Positions 21,813 to 35,313 are shown, numbered from the stretch's first letter. The stretch is DNA of 64,000 nt from Carcharhinus longimanus (GCA_030264375.1 JASCQW010000122.1:28029264-28093263); one strand, 5' to 3'. Translations and numbers: made by a program. Notes: generated by a model not told the origin, from the sequence alone.

Positions 21813-24169
21813 AGAAATAAATATTCATAACCATGAAGATTTCTTTACAACAGTGTTATATCCAGTTCATACAAACTTAACATCACAAATATCAAACAAC
21901 ATAACTTATTGCATCATTCAAGTAAACTCCTATTTTACAACTACATATGCCATATTGTATAATTAAAATGATTTTAATGAAAATAAAGGCAATAAATATT
22001 AAAGTATTATTAATATCTGTATGTGGCAACATTATCATACTTTATATCTTGTGTTTCTTTTCCTTCTACTTCCAGCTTTTAACTCTGAAAAGAATGTTTC
22101 TTTCAAGTCTACAGCCCAATTGTCCTTTTTGTCACTTATAGGCATATTCCATTCTCAAGCCCACTTTCCAAATATATGTTTGGTAAATTTGCATTTTGAT
22201 TTAACACAATCAAAATATCATTTTTGTGCATTAATATCTCATTTCTTCTCTAGCCAAAATCTCTTTTTAGCTGTTTCAAGTTGATCACTGAAAGTAGCTT
22301 TGTATTCTTGCTCTGTTTATTCTTTGAACTTGCTGTATTTTGTCATTTTTCCCAGTCCCATTTCGTGCGAGTTATTTTCAATTCTGTTTGAACCGTGTCA
22401 ATCTCTTCCTCCTCTGGAGTTTTATAGCCTGTTCTTACCCTTCAACTATTTTGCACAATTTATGAACAATCTTAGTCCAGTTCTTAGTAGATTTTGAATG
22501 CTCTTTGTTGAACTGTTCACTTGTCTTTATTCCAACTGTTACATCTGGTGCGATATCACTGACAGGCTTTTTTGAATCTGTGTCTCTGGTCATGGATTCA
22601 GGTCATTTTTCAATTTCAGTCCTTTTTCTTGACAGTTCTTAATTTGCAGGTAATTCAGTGGTTTTCTTATTGTCCATTTAGTAAAATCACTTAGATCACT
22701 TCTTTGCTCAACACCAACACTCTTCAACAATGAATTTTTATTTTTATTATATTGCTTACATTCAAACCAGGCAAGTCGGTTTTGATTGGTCAAAACATTG
22801 CCATGGGGAGTGAACCAAGGAATGGCTGTTCTACCAAGCTTCTGTTTAATTGAAAAAGGCACAATGAGTGGGCATCATCTTCCATCTGTTTGCAAAGGAC
22901 AGGGTCATCTGTTGAATATATGTAGCTTCTAGCACACAGAAGTGAGTCGCACTGTGAGCCCAACTTTTTTTAAAATTCTGAGCACAATCAGAAATGTTTA
23001 AGTGTTGTCCATATGGCTGAATCACATCTAATATTCAGCACTATGTACTGAGTATTGCAAGCATGGACTGGTTGAGTACTGTCAACATTTTGCCTGTTGT
23101 GAACAGCCGAGGGGACATGCTGTTTGATACGATCCACTAGTCATTGTGACATATGGCCTATATACCTGCCATCATGCTGGCACTAAAATTCATAAACCAC
23201 ATTACTCATTTGTGTGGTAGGCAGAACATCTTTGTTGGCTTGATGGCAGCTTCCTGTTAGTGGAGAATATCATTCATGTTGCTACTGTATAGTAACAGCA
23301 TGAAACAGCTAGCTTCAGCCATTACTCAAATGATGTCTCTTTTTTCAGCAATACTCAAATTCTGTACTACCAAGCAACTATTTGTATACCTGAGACAGAG
23401 GTACAACAAAGACCAAACTTGGGATAGCAACAACATGGTTTGTTAGGTTTTAAACTCAATTAAATCTATACCTTATTTCTAATGTCTAATGATGCTTACC
23501 TCACAGGTAAGTTAAGAACAGTGAGCTATCCATGAAATTTCTCCGAGAGTATATTAGTCCCAAGGCTGTGTCATTGTTCATTTCCAAGCATATTAATGAG
23601 ACACAGTCCATGATTGAGTGAGCATTTATACAAGATGAGATTGAACAGATTGGTAGTAGGGTTACTAATTTATGCAGTGCCCTACACTGTGCTTGGTCTG
23701 AGGTGGGCAAATTTCTTTTACTTTTCCATTTGATTTCTTGGTGCTGCAACATTGTCTCAACAGAAAGCCACACCATAAACAATATCCCGTTTGAATCACA
23801 TCTGCACTGTAAACTCACTTAAACAATTGCTGCCAAACATTAGTAAATCTCGCTGACATGTATTCTCTGAAAGTGAGGAGTTTATTTTCAAGCACAGGTT
23901 CAATTTTGATGCACCTTTTGCCCAGATCAAATGGTGAGAAGTATTTGCTGAGTTCAATCTACTTTATTTCCAACTATACCACCACAAAGAGCATTCAGTG
24001 AAAACTTTTGAAAGTGTGACTAACTGTTCTAGCTTGAGCGTATTGTGGGATACCTAATGACTTGGCTGATTTTGACATGCAAGTGTCTGGTAGCATAGGA
24101 AGGCTCCAAGGCAAACCCAGACATTCGTGTCTGTAAGCCCCAAAAAGGGACTGGAATAGTCATCCCTAA

Positions 24170-25780
24170 CAAATATGGTTGTATCAACAAAATACATGCT
24201 GTTCTTAATTACAGACCAAAATTCATATCCATTGAACCTGTCGACAGCATGATCACCCGGGTTTGCTCAAAATAAGTTACAAAAACATTTGTTGGACTTG
24301 CACAAGAGTAATGACCTGCATGATGGTGTACATGGTAGATTTGTCCTGTTGTGGGGTAGAGTACTAAATGATTTTTGGAAGTCCCTCTGTACCACAATCA
24401 CATTACCCTCATAAACCTTCCCTGGTGTCTCATCAACAAAAGCTGTCAAATTAGTTAAATGCTATTTGCTTTTAACAAGTCCATGCTGGCTTTCCTCAAT
24501 TAATTTACATTTGTCCAAGTGACTGTTAACTTTGTCTTGGATTATCATGTTTAAACGCTTTCCTGCAACCAGGGTTAAACTGACTGGCCTGTAGCTATTG
24601 GGTTTATCTGTGCATCCTTTTTTGAACAAGGATTTAACATTTGAAATTCCCCACTTCTCTGGTACCATCCCTATATCTAAGGAGGATTGGGTGATTCTGG
24701 GAAATCCCTTTGCAATTTCCACCCTTAATTTCCTCAATATCTTAGGATTCAACTGACCCAGTCTTGTTGATTGATCCCCTTTAAAGTGCTGCCAGTTTTT
24801 TGAATACCTCCACTTTATTGATCTTTAGTCCATTCAGTGTCTCAACCACTTCCTCTTGCACTACATCTTCCTCCTTGAATACCTAAGGCATGGCTTCTGT
24901 CTTCACACTTTTTCCTTTTGGATCTCTCATCAGTCCCAATCTTTTACTAGCTTTTTTACTTTTTATATGCGTATACAAGACTTTTGGACTCACGTTTATG
25001 CCCACTGCCAGACTCTAATCATGCCCTCTCTTTCTATTGTTTCTTTTACGTTTCCCCCCCGAACATTGTGCCTTCAGCCTAATTTTTGCTTATATTATCT
25101 GACATTTGTCAAACACACCATTTTGCTGCTTAATATTATTCTCTACTACTTTTATAATTCAGGGAGTTCTGGCTGCGTTCATGTTCGCTTTCTCTCTTGT
25201 GGAAATGTACCTCAATTGTACCTGATCTATCTCATTTACAAAGGCAGCCAATTGTTCCATGACAGTCTTGCCTGGCTATTTTTGACTTCACTTTACCTGG
25301 GTCAGATTTGTTCTTAGCCCATTGAAATTCAATTAATTATTTTTATTTGAGAATGCTCCTTGCCCTTTTCCATAGCTGCCTTGAACCTGATATTGTTATG
25401 ATCAGTCCCATAAATGTTTCCCCACAGACAGCTGATTCACTTGATCTACCTAATTCCCCAGAACTAGATCCAGCAATGCTTCATTGCTCATTGACTGGAG
25501 GCATACTGCTCTAGAAAATTCTCTTGAATGCACTTTAGAAGCTCTTTCCACGCTCCACTCTTTACACTGTAGCTATCCCATTTTACATTAGGTTAATATA
25601 TCCCTCATTATAACAATCCATACTTTTTGACAACTGTGTGATTTCCTTGTACATTTGTTTCTCTAGATCTTTCCAATGAGTTGATGACCTGTAGAACACA
25701 ACCAGTGGTGTAATGGTACCTCTATTGTTTCCTAGCTGTAACCAAATAGATTCTGTCCTTGACCCCTCTGAGATTCTCAG
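24170..25780 (-). mobile_element. CR1 ORF2 fragment (endonuclease to RT)
   Basis: ORF 24462-24752: GMVPEKW..SNV..LFKKG..DKPNSYRPVSLT..SQHG; VYxDFQKxF-like motif in ORF 24267-24449. Confidence 0.9.
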
Positions 25781-26099
25781 AAACAGGATGGCAGAGTGAT
25801 GGAGTTACCAGGGCTTTTAGTCAATGGAATTTTGAAGAATGAACAGGGATCTAATTGAAAGGTTAAAAAANNNNNNNNNNNNNNNNNNNNNNNNNNNNNN
25901 NNNNNNNNNNNNNNNNGTGCTAGGGGGTTGGGGGGTTGGTGTTGGTTCAGAACAAGGGGCTGTCCTGAAACCGTAAAATCCTGCCTGAGGTCAGAGGTCA
26001 ACAGACAGGGGAGGCAATGGATAGATAAGTTTTACTCCATGGTCCGCTCCTTGTCTGCACCGATTCCTGTGGCGGGCGGGACGGTAAAATTCCAATCAA

Positions 26100-26375
26100 G
26101 ATTTCTTAGGATATAACGTTGAGCCATTTAGGACTGAGATGAGATGAAGCTTCTTAACACAGAGAACAATGAACCAATGGAATTCTTCAGCACAGAAGGC
26201 TGTGGAGATCAATTTACTGGATGGATAGATTTCTAGACTTTAAAGCCATCAAGGGATACAGGGAGGGTGCACGAGTGTGGCATTGAGTTAGAGGATGAGC
26301 CATGATCATACTGAATGGCAGAGCCAGCTCAAAGAGCCAAATGCCTACTCATGCTCCTATTTTCTGTGTTTCTTT
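26100..26375 (+). mobile_element. CR1 3' end
   Basis: ccatttaggactgagatgag...gaatggcagagccagctcaaagagccaaatgcctactcatgctcctatttt. Confidence 0.8.
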
Positions 26376-27692
26376 CCAACACTGTAATATTCTCCTTCAT
26401 CGTAATGCCTCTTGAAGTCCATGCACAATACCTGAACTGCATGACTCTCATCATCCCTCTCTGATACCTCAAAAAACTGAATCAGGTCAAAGCTAAACAT
26501 GATTTGCCTTTAACAAACCCATTTTGGTTTTCCATAATTGTTGAAGTTCACCTCCAATTTTTTGAGAGTTCATTACATTTGTTCCAGTGTGGTTTTAAAT
26601 CTCTGTCTAGCTTTCAAAAATGATAACTATTATGAAATTCCAATGATTTCTGCCTTTCATCAGAAACAGAAACATTAAATATATTGTTAATGAAGCATCA
26701 TTAAGAGATCATTAGCAACCAATGTTGTAACTAAGTCTGAAACAAATTTAGATAGAAATGTTGTTAAGATGTTAAGCTGAAAAATTACTTGGGCATCGGT
26801 AAGTTTATGATTTTTTTCTTTGTAAAGAATGAACTTTAATGTGATTTTGTATCAAATATTGGAACTTGAACAATTTTGCAGTGAAACGCTTATCACTGCT
26901 TTCAATTAATGACTTAATGGAAACGCTTATCAATAAATGGCTGAGAGGCAACTAAAGGTTATTAGGTTAACCTGTTTAGAGTTTGGAGAATTAGTCACTT
27001 TTGAATATCTTAAGGATCACATGGCAGCCACACTTAGTTTAGGGGATGCTCCCAAACAGCCTGGGACAATTTTGACCTGGAGTGTGCAATTGGAGGTAGA
27101 TGTGTAACACTGTAAAAATGCTGTTAAAAGTCCTGTCTAGTGAGAATCTTCACAGGAACAATGCTTGAGACATCACTTTTATGATGTCTATGAAATTTAG
27201 GCTATTTAATAGTGATTATGCATTAAGAAAGTATAGTTGCTATCACACAATTAGTATGACATTTTCTGCATTCTTGCATGCTAATTTAGTGTCATCAATA
27301 AATTAAACCATTTAGTCAAACCATGTTTTCAGTAATTAGGCTAATTAGGTGATTTAGTCATTGTGAGTGGCAACACGTGAATACATTTATCATAAAAAAA
27401 AATTTAACCCAAGCAAAGAAAAAAATAAAATTTATGGCTCAGAAATCAAATTTATTGCAGAAAGTGCCTAATTGGATGGTCAAGCATATAGGTGAATTGA
27501 TAAAGCATTTTAGAAATAATAAATGTGATCTTGAAGCCATAAAATAAGCTGGCAGGGAGTTGGATATGATTCAATGATGGCAAGAGCACAGGAATCAAAT
27601 CAATGTTTGATTGCAGTTTGTATAGGAATTGAAGGAGATTCATGCACTCAGAGGCCCTTCAGAAGCTAACCATGGAAGAATGAGATACTTTT

Positions 27693-27985
27693 TACATAAG
27701 AACATAAGAAATAGGAGCAGGAGTAGGCCATCTAGCCCCTCGAGCCTGCCCCGCCATTCAATAAGNNNNNNNNNNNNNNNNNNNNNNNNNNNNNNNNNNN
27801 NNNNNNNNNNNNNNNNNNNNNNNNNNNNNNNNNNNNNNNNNNNNNNNNNNNNNNNNNNNNNNNNNGCCCAGCTTCATAGTTTATCCTTCCTTTCTTTATC
27901 AACTTCTTTGTCATTCTTTGTTGATATTTAAACCTCTCCCAATCCTCTTCTTGCCCACTACTTTTAGCCACTTTTAGCTACTTTT
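27693..27985 (-). mobile_element. CR1 pieces either side of a 100-N gap
   Basis: Tail acataagaacataagaaataggagcaggagtaggcc; linker peptide AKSSGQEEDWERFKYQQRMTKKLIKKG. Confidence 0.8.
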
Positions 27986-28419
27986 TTCCATGGAGTGCTT
28001 GGAAAGAGATGAAATTCAAACATTGCACAGAGCAAAGAGAATTTTAACTTGCTCAGTCTGCATGTTCAAATCCAATGGGTGTACAAATAGCTCTTTTCCT
28101 GTCCCACAAATAACATATTGACTGTATTCGTATATCTAATCACAGCTGGAAGAGACATTTGTATCTCACATTGCTGTATTTAAGGGTTAACTTGTCGCAA
28201 AGACGTTACTTAATTCAAAACAAGGCATTTAGGTTACAAAGGCGAATGATCTTGAACTTGGTTTCAACGTCTCTGGCAATGCCAGTGGGTGCTCAAGATC
28301 AGGCAAAACTCAAAAATCTTTTGGACTTTTGCCACTTCACTGGCGATGTAATCAGGTTCACATCCATTATGGTGTGAACATTCATTTGAATATATTAACA
28401 TATGGTGAAAGACTCCTGG

Positions 28420-29930
28420 CCAGATATTGAGTCTCCACTGTATTTTCAAACCATGCCAATATGACATCATCCAGACATCTCAGATCCCCCGAGAGCATAA
28501 AGGTGAGTGTAGCCCAAGGGTAGTGGGACATGGCCAGACAGTGTCCTGGCAATGCCCCCGGCATTGCTCCTTGGCACAGATTGACACTGCCAGGTTGGCA
28601 CCATGCCCATGCAAACCTGACAGTGCCAAACCCAGTGGGAGCCTGAGGAGGAAGGGGAGTTAATTTATATATGGTGGTGGGCCAGAATGGATGTGGGAGC
28701 TATGGGTGTCGACAATGGTCAATTGCGGCCGGGGGATGGGGGTGGTGGGATGCACCAGCAATGGCTGTATGGATGGGAGATCAGGGGTCTGATGTTTGGG
28801 GTGAGGGGTGCCAGCGCTGGCTGCTGGAGGAGGTGAAGGATCTAATATTGGGGAGAAGGGTGGTGGGTGAGAAAATGCCAGTCCGATTTGGGTGGGGAGG
28901 GTGGAGGGTGAAGTGGAGTGGAGTGGATCGCAGTGGTGGTGAGTGGTGAATGGTAGCTCCAATTGCCGGGGGTGAAGACCAGTTCTGATCAGTGGTGGGG
29001 AGCCCCTGAGACCACATGGTGGGGAGTATTACTTTTTCGTCTTGATTGGGATGCCCTTTAAACATGGCATCCCAATCTCAATGCGGTTGTGGGGCTTTGC
29101 TGCCGTGTTGAGGCCCTGTCCCCCCCCCATGACAGCTTGAAACATGCCTACTGGGTTTTTGGGATAGAGTGTGTTAAGATCTGGAGAGAAAAAGTGTTTT
29201 TCTTGCCGGAACCAACACTCTGCTATTTATTTGGTAAGATTTCCCCATGTTGTTCTATGGGTGACAGATATGTTTCATTTATGTTTGTCTGCTCCCTAAT
29301 CCTTGTAATTGATTGATTAAGCCTGTGGGTGGAGCTAGAGAATTAAGGAAACTGGCAATCTTCTTGAATCGATTTGCAGCTCCCTGCGAAGGGCTGCGGA
29401 GGCGTGGGGTTGTGGACAGACTGTTCTCCTGGAATAAAAATAGTGTGGATCTGACCCACTACATATCAGTCTACCCCACAGCCATAAGACTAAATTAGGG
29501 CAGTGTGAGACTCAATCCAATTGGCCAGCAGATCTACCAGATCAAGCAATTCCAGGAATGCATTAGTGGGTGCTGTCAGGATGGTAACCAGTCACAAGAA
29601 GGCTCATGGATACTGGAACCAGGTCAGTCGAGGGTCTTGGATAGGGAGTGGGGGTTTAGTGCAGTTTAGCAGGGGAGAGGGTCTTGGTGGGAGGTGTGTT
29701 TTATGGAGCAGGTAGGAAAAAAGAAAGGAGAGGTACTACCTTGGAAGAGGGGACTGTCCCTGCTCCGATATACAAAGAGTACCTCCCTATTGCAGGACCC
29801 ACCCGCCCCCCCACTTCCTTCCTGTTCTTTTGAAAACATTTTCTAAAAAGTGGCCTGCCCACTCCCGCCTGCAATTCCATGATGACTGTTTTATAGTGTG
29901 AGTAGTGTGTTATCAGAATCAATTGACCCT
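28420..29930. mobile_element. GC/G-rich degraded non-autonomous DNA-transposon-like sequence
   Basis: Abrupt shift to G-rich low-complexity sequence (ggca/tgcc-rich, GGG runs), similar in character to 49390-49830; no coding motif recognised. Confidence 0.35.
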
Positions 29931-30119
29931 CGATTATTTATATAGACATGGCAGGTGAATTGTCAATTTTGGCACCCATCCATCTTCGTATTATGGGGCC
30001 GAGCTTGAAGGTAGATAGAGATATACATTCCCCCTACCAAAAACACATCCAGTGGGGGCATATAAAATGCAGTTCCATGTGTGTTGGAAATCCTGTAAGA
30101 TCTGAGAATTTTTTTCAAA

Positions 30120-31490
30120 GTACTAGAGCCATACAGCTCAGGAAGAAGCCCTTCAGCCATCATTTCTGCACCTGCCATCAAACATCTATTCTAACTCCAT
30201 TTTTCACCACTTGGTCCATAGCCTTGTATGCAATGTTGCTTCAAATGCTTCTCAAATTTTGTGAACATTCCTGCCTCTGCCACCCTTTCAGATAAATAAA
30301 GATTTAGAACCAGAGTAATCATGCATTGTTCTGAGATAAATTAACGATCTAAAATACACAGCAACCCAGCTCAACCATAGCAGTAATCAGGAGAGCAGTA
30401 CAGTATTTATGTAGACCATATAAGCTCAGTTTTTGATGACCTACATTGACGAGGATTTATTGGCCATGGAATAATTTGCACAGCTATCCATTCAGATGAT
30501 ACCTGGAGAAAGGGGCTGAGCTACAATGAGACATGTAATGACATGGAATTATATTTTCTGGAGTTAAGTAGTTTAAGGGTAATTTGAAGGAACAGAATTA
30601 ATTTGATGAGGAAAATAGGAAAAAAATTCTTCCGTCTCGAAGGGGAACTCAAAACTTTGAGATGAGACCATCAGATACGTAAAAACATTGGAAGAAGATA
30701 GACAGGAAAACGGCCAGCTAGTCCATCAAGTAACCTTTAAGCAATATGCTTTTCAATGTTCCTCATTCACCAGCAGCCAAGACATCTGCTGGAAGAGGCA
30801 AAAATAACACATTTAAAATATCCCTAACATATTTGGAGAAATTCCTCTGTAACTGACAAAGCTTATTAAAAATAAGTTCCAGGAGATACAGCAATCAGGA
30901 AGTAGACTACTCAACAGCTCCTTCATCTTTTGTATGCATTGATAACTGAATCTTCCAGGAACTAATCATCTCATTTTAATCATTTATAACAAATTGTACT
31001 TAGGCATGAGCTGGCAACTTATTCCATTAATAACCCTCTGCATAAAATCCTCCTGATATTTAAACTAGTTCTTTACTTATATAACTTATAGACAAGTCTC
31101 CTCATTCTCTCCAACTTTTTTATTTCAAATTAATGTCTACATAGATGTTCTGATCCCTTCATCATAATAAATACCTCATTCCTCAACCAAAAAACCCATG
31201 AGTTTCAGGAGTAAAAGAGCCCAGCTCTCTCAGTCTATTATGCCAAAGGTTTCTAAACTAGGCATGAATCCACCAGACCATCTCTGAAATCCTTCCAGGG
31301 ATTTTATCACGTAGAGATACAAGAACTGGCTAAGAGCAGTTCAAGAAGGCAGCACAACATCACCTTTTTCAAGGGCAATCAAGGATGGGCATTAATGCTG
31401 GCCTAGCCAACAACACTCACATCCCATAAACAAATACGCAAAAAATGTATTCTAGATAAAGTCTCATGAGTATTTTGTTCAAGTTAATGC
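30120..31490. mobile_element. Cluster of old CR1 3' fragments in both orientations
   Basis: gaagaagcccttcagccatc (minus tail), gtttaagggtaatttgaagg (plus), ccagctctctcagtct (minus). Confidence 0.55.
31335..31445 (+). mobile_element. 3' end of the LINE that shares its tail with SINE family B
   Basis: ttcaagaaggcagcacaacatcacctt (FKKAAQHHL, ORF2-end-like) runs into aagggcaatcaaggatgggcattaatgctggcc...cacatcccat. Confidence 0.7.
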
Positions 31491-31672
31491 TGGTTAAAAG
31501 TTAAACTGGATGTTTGAACACTATGCCATTAGAACCAAGGACAGATATTGCTGGAATATGGATAACTAAACTTAAATAGAGTGCTATTTGATATCCTGGA
31601 CATAAAGAGAGAAATCTTTCTTCATAAGCTCTGCCATTGTAAGTGAGCCTGAATTTATTCTCTTTCCTTCAG

Positions 31673-31730
31673 GAAAGCTGTTTTCCCTCATTCAATGGTG
31701 ATAATGTCGGATAGTAGGACAAAACTGCAA
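31673..31730 (+). CDS. Candidate 58-bp internal exon of an unidentified host gene (open frame KAVFPHSMVIMSDSRTKLQ)
   Basis: Acceptor tttattctctttccttcAG with an upstream ctgaa branch-like motif; donor CAA|GTAAGT; exactly one open frame; non-repetitive flanks. Protein not recognised. Confidence 0.45.
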
Positions 31731-32051
31731 GTAAGTTCCTTTCATTTGCAAAACCCTGAAGTGTTGAGGGGTAGTACTGACAATGCAATAAGTATTGTAT
31801 ATATACAAATATGTAATGGAGTAAAATAGTACATTTGGTTTCTGATTGTAAAAATTATGGTTTAGTAATGCATATATGTATCACCTAAAGGCAATTAGTT
31901 GCAGTTGTGATGTTGTTCAGCCATAGTGAAAAACAATGAGCAGACATGTTTTTTTCAAATTTTTAAGACTTTATAAACTTTTTTGGTCATNNNNNNNNNN
32001 NNNNNNNNNNNNNNNNNNNNNNNNNNNNNNNNNNNNNNNNNNNNNNNNNNN

Positions 32052-32130
32052 ACTGTGGCAACTAGGGGAATTTCACAGTAACTTCATTGCAGTGTTAATG
32101 TAAGCCTTATTTGTGACTAATAAATAAATT
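32052..32130 (+). mobile_element. Tail type A of an HE1-like SINE after a gap
   Basis: gtggcaactaggggaatttcacagtaacttcattgcagtgttaatgtaagcc...taataaataaa. Confidence 0.8.
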
Positions 32131-33041
32131 TTTAACTCTAGAAGGTAAAATTGATAGCAAAGACCTTGCTGGAATTTGAAGTCAAGAGCCTGTGATGCCC
32201 AATTCCGTCCACAGTCAAAGGCTAACCAACTTTCTATTATCAGGCTCAGAAAATCTTTTAGTAACGAATTCTTCATCAGGCACAAACTCCACAGGCAGGA
32301 AAGGAAGGAGTGACCACTAGGCAGAGCGAGAGCTCTGGGCAGGCAGGAATCTCCTATGATTATTCCCCTGTAAAACAGATATATCATGTTAGGTGCCATT
32401 GACGTGAATGGTCTCTCAGGGGATAACAGCTGCTGCAAAATTCATAGCATCATAGTTGTCTCTGTTGCAAGGGGAGGAGCAAGAGGAATAGAAATGCAAT
32501 AGTCATGGAGGACTCAATTGTGAGGGGAATAGATAGATGTTTCTGTGGCCACAAAAATGTTGCCTCTCTGACATTAGGGTCAAGAATGTATCAGAGCAGT
32601 TGCAGGAGGGTGAACAGCTACTTGCTATTGTACACATTGGTACAAAAGACATGGTTAAAAAAAAATGAAATCCCAAAAGCAGAAAACAGGGAGTAAGCTG
32701 AAAAGCCAGACCTCAAAGATAATTATTTTAGGAATACCGTCCTTGTCACATGTGAGTCAGAGTAGAAATGACAGGATATATCGGATAAATACATGGCTGA
32801 AAAGATGGTGCGAGGGTGAGGAGTTCAGAATGTGGGGAACTGGGACCAGTACAAACCAGACAGGTTACACCTGGGCAGGACTGGGACTAATGTTCTTGAG
32901 TGGGTGNNNNNNNNNNNNNNNNNNNNNNNNNNNNNNNNNNNNNNNNNNNNNNNNNNNNNNNNNNNNNNNNNNNNTAATATGGCAGGAGGTTGGGAACCTA
33001 CGTAGGTAGGTTCAAAGCAGGGGGAATCAAGAACAAGTGGA

Positions 33042-33334
33042 AAAGTTTATGTATTAGTGTCATAAGTAGGTTTACATTAACACTGCAATTAAGTTGCTGT
33101 GAAAATCCTCTAGTTGCCACACTCTGGCACTTGTTTGGGTGCACTTAGCATGGTCAATGCACCTAACCAGCACATTTTTCAGACTGTGGGAGGAAACCAG
33201 AGCACCTGAGGGAAATCCACACAGACATGGGGAGAACATGCAGACTCTGCACAGATAGGGACCCATGCTGAGGATTGAACCTGGGTCCTTGATGCTGTGA
33301 GGCTGCAGTGCTAACCATTGTGCTATGATGCTGC
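33042..33334 (-). mobile_element. HE1-like V-SINE, tail type A
   Basis: Same family as 10494-10774. Confidence 0.9.
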
Positions 33335-33492
33335 ACAGCAAGACAGGAAAATAAGAAAAGTGATAGACAGAGATATCAAGAGTTAGAATCAGACAAGAAC
33401 ACAGTAAAAAAAAAAGGGAATGGGACAAGGAAAGTTGGAAGGATAAGCCTTAACGTTTTGTACCTGAACACTCACAGCATTCAAAACAAAAT

Positions 33493-33788
33493 GGGTGGCA
33501 CAGTTGGTAGCACTGCTGCCTCACAGTGCCAGGGAGCAGGTTCAATTCCAGCCTTGGGTTACTGAATCTGTGTGGAGTTTGCACATTCTCCCCATATCTG
33601 TGTGGATTTCCTCCAGGTTTTCTCCACACAATGTGCTTGTGATTGGCCAGGCTAAATTGCTCATTAGTGTTAGAGGGATTAACAGGATAAATATGTTGGG
33701 TTAAGAGGATAGAGCCTGGGTGGGATTGAGGTCAGTGCAGACTCAATGGGGCAAATGGCCTCCTTCTGCACTATAGGGATTCTGTGAT
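33493..33788 (+). mobile_element. HE1 V-SINE, CR1-type tail
   Basis: Head gggtggcacagttggtagcac; tail gtgcagactcaatggggcaaatggcctccttctgcactatagggattct. Confidence 0.9.
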
Positions 33789-34300
33789 AGGATTGAATGA
33801 ATTAGTTGCGCAGATATATGTAAAGGGGTATGATAAAATTGGGATTATGGAACATGATTCCTAGGTGAACTGGGATGGGAACTAAACATTGAGAGCTATG
33901 CAGTGTTTAAGAAAGACGAAAAGGAAAAGGTGGTGGAGTTTCACTGTTGATTAAAGGAGATATTGATACAATATTGAGGAAAGTTATGTGCAGAGATGAT
34001 GTGAAATCTGTGTGGGTCGAGTTGAGAAATGCCAAGCCACAAAAAGCATTGGTGGGCGTAGTATACAGACCACCAAACTGTAGTGGTAATGTTGGGAAAA
34101 GCATTACACAGGAAAGCAGAGATGCACGTGATAAAGGAACACCTATGATTATGGATGACTTTAATCTTCATATAGGTTGGGAGAGTCAAATACAGTACAA
34201 TATAGGAGGAATTTCCAGAGAGTTGGTTTTCTGGACCAACGTGTTGAGGAACCAATAAGAAAAAAGCCATTGTGGAGTGGGGATTGTGCAATGAGAAAGG

Positions 34301-34455
34301 ATGTGTGGATTAGCCATGCTAAATTGTCCCTTTGTGTCAAAGGGACTAGCTAGAGTAAATGCATGGGGTTATATTGGTAGGGCCTGGGTGGGATTGTGGT
34401 TGGTGCAGACTCAGTGGGCCAAATGGCCTCCTTCTGCAGTGTAGGATTGTATGAT
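34301..34455 (+). mobile_element. 5'-truncated HE1 SINE, CR1-type tail
   Basis: ggattagccatgctaaattgtccc...gggccaaatggcctccttctgcagtgtagg. Confidence 0.8.
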
Positions 34456-34766
34456 TTGTTGGTAATCCAGCTGAAAGGGAACCCTTGGGGATGAGTGACC
34501 ATACTGTGATAGAATTCTTTATTAAGGTGGATAGTGAGGTAGTTGATTCTGAGATAAGGGTCCTGAATCTCAAAGGCAACTATGATTGTATGAGTGGGCT
34601 ATGGTGGACTAGGAAACATTATTGAAAGGAAGGATAAGCAATGGATAGGTGAACTCCGAAAGTGATATGTTCCTATTTGGTGGAAGGCAACTTTAGCCTC
34701 ATGCCCAACTTTACCACATTTTCGCACACTAAAATGGGCACAACTTGATCGTAAAATGGGGCCCGG

Positions 34767-35313
34767 AGTCAATGGTTGGGAGGCTGGTTTGCATGGTGGA
34801 TTGGGCTACATTCACGACCCTTTGTAGTTTCTTGTAGTCTTGGGCAGGGCAGGAGCCATACCAAGCTGTAATACAACCAGAAAGAATGCATCTGTAAAAG
34901 TTGGTGAGAGTCATAGTTGACATGCCAGATTTCCTTAGTCTTCTGAGGAAGTAGAGGCATTGGTGGACTTTCTTAACTATAGTGTCATCATGGGGGCACC
35001 AGGACAGGTTGTTGGCGATCAAGACACCTAAAAACTTGAAGTTCCCAACCCTTTCTACTTAGTCCCTATTGATATAGACAGAGGCATGTACTCCTTTTAT
35101 GCTTCCTGAAGTCGATGACAATCTCCTTTGTTTTGTTGACATTGAGGGAGAGATTATTGCCATCGCACCAGTTCATCAGATTCTCTAACTCATTCCTATA
35201 CTCTGTCTCGTCATTGTTTGAAATCCAACCGAAGGGAATTTGGCCACACAGTCATAGACATATCAGAACTTTAGTAGGGGGTTGAGAATACAGCCTTGTA
35301 GAACACTGGTGAG
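34767..35313 (-). mobile_element. Rex1/Babar LINE RT fragment
   Basis: ORF 34729-35022: IVKKVHQCLYFLRRLRK..LTNFYRC.ILSGCITAWYG..KKLQRVV. Confidence 0.85.

Noticed and set aside
23495-23511. Back-to-back splice-donor motifs forming a 7-bp hairpin (cttacct-cac-aggtaag)
   Set aside because: Too short; no matching acceptors or exon identified.
28660-29065. Overlapping Pro-rich/Gly-rich ORFs
   Set aside because: By-product of G-rich low-complexity repeat sequence.
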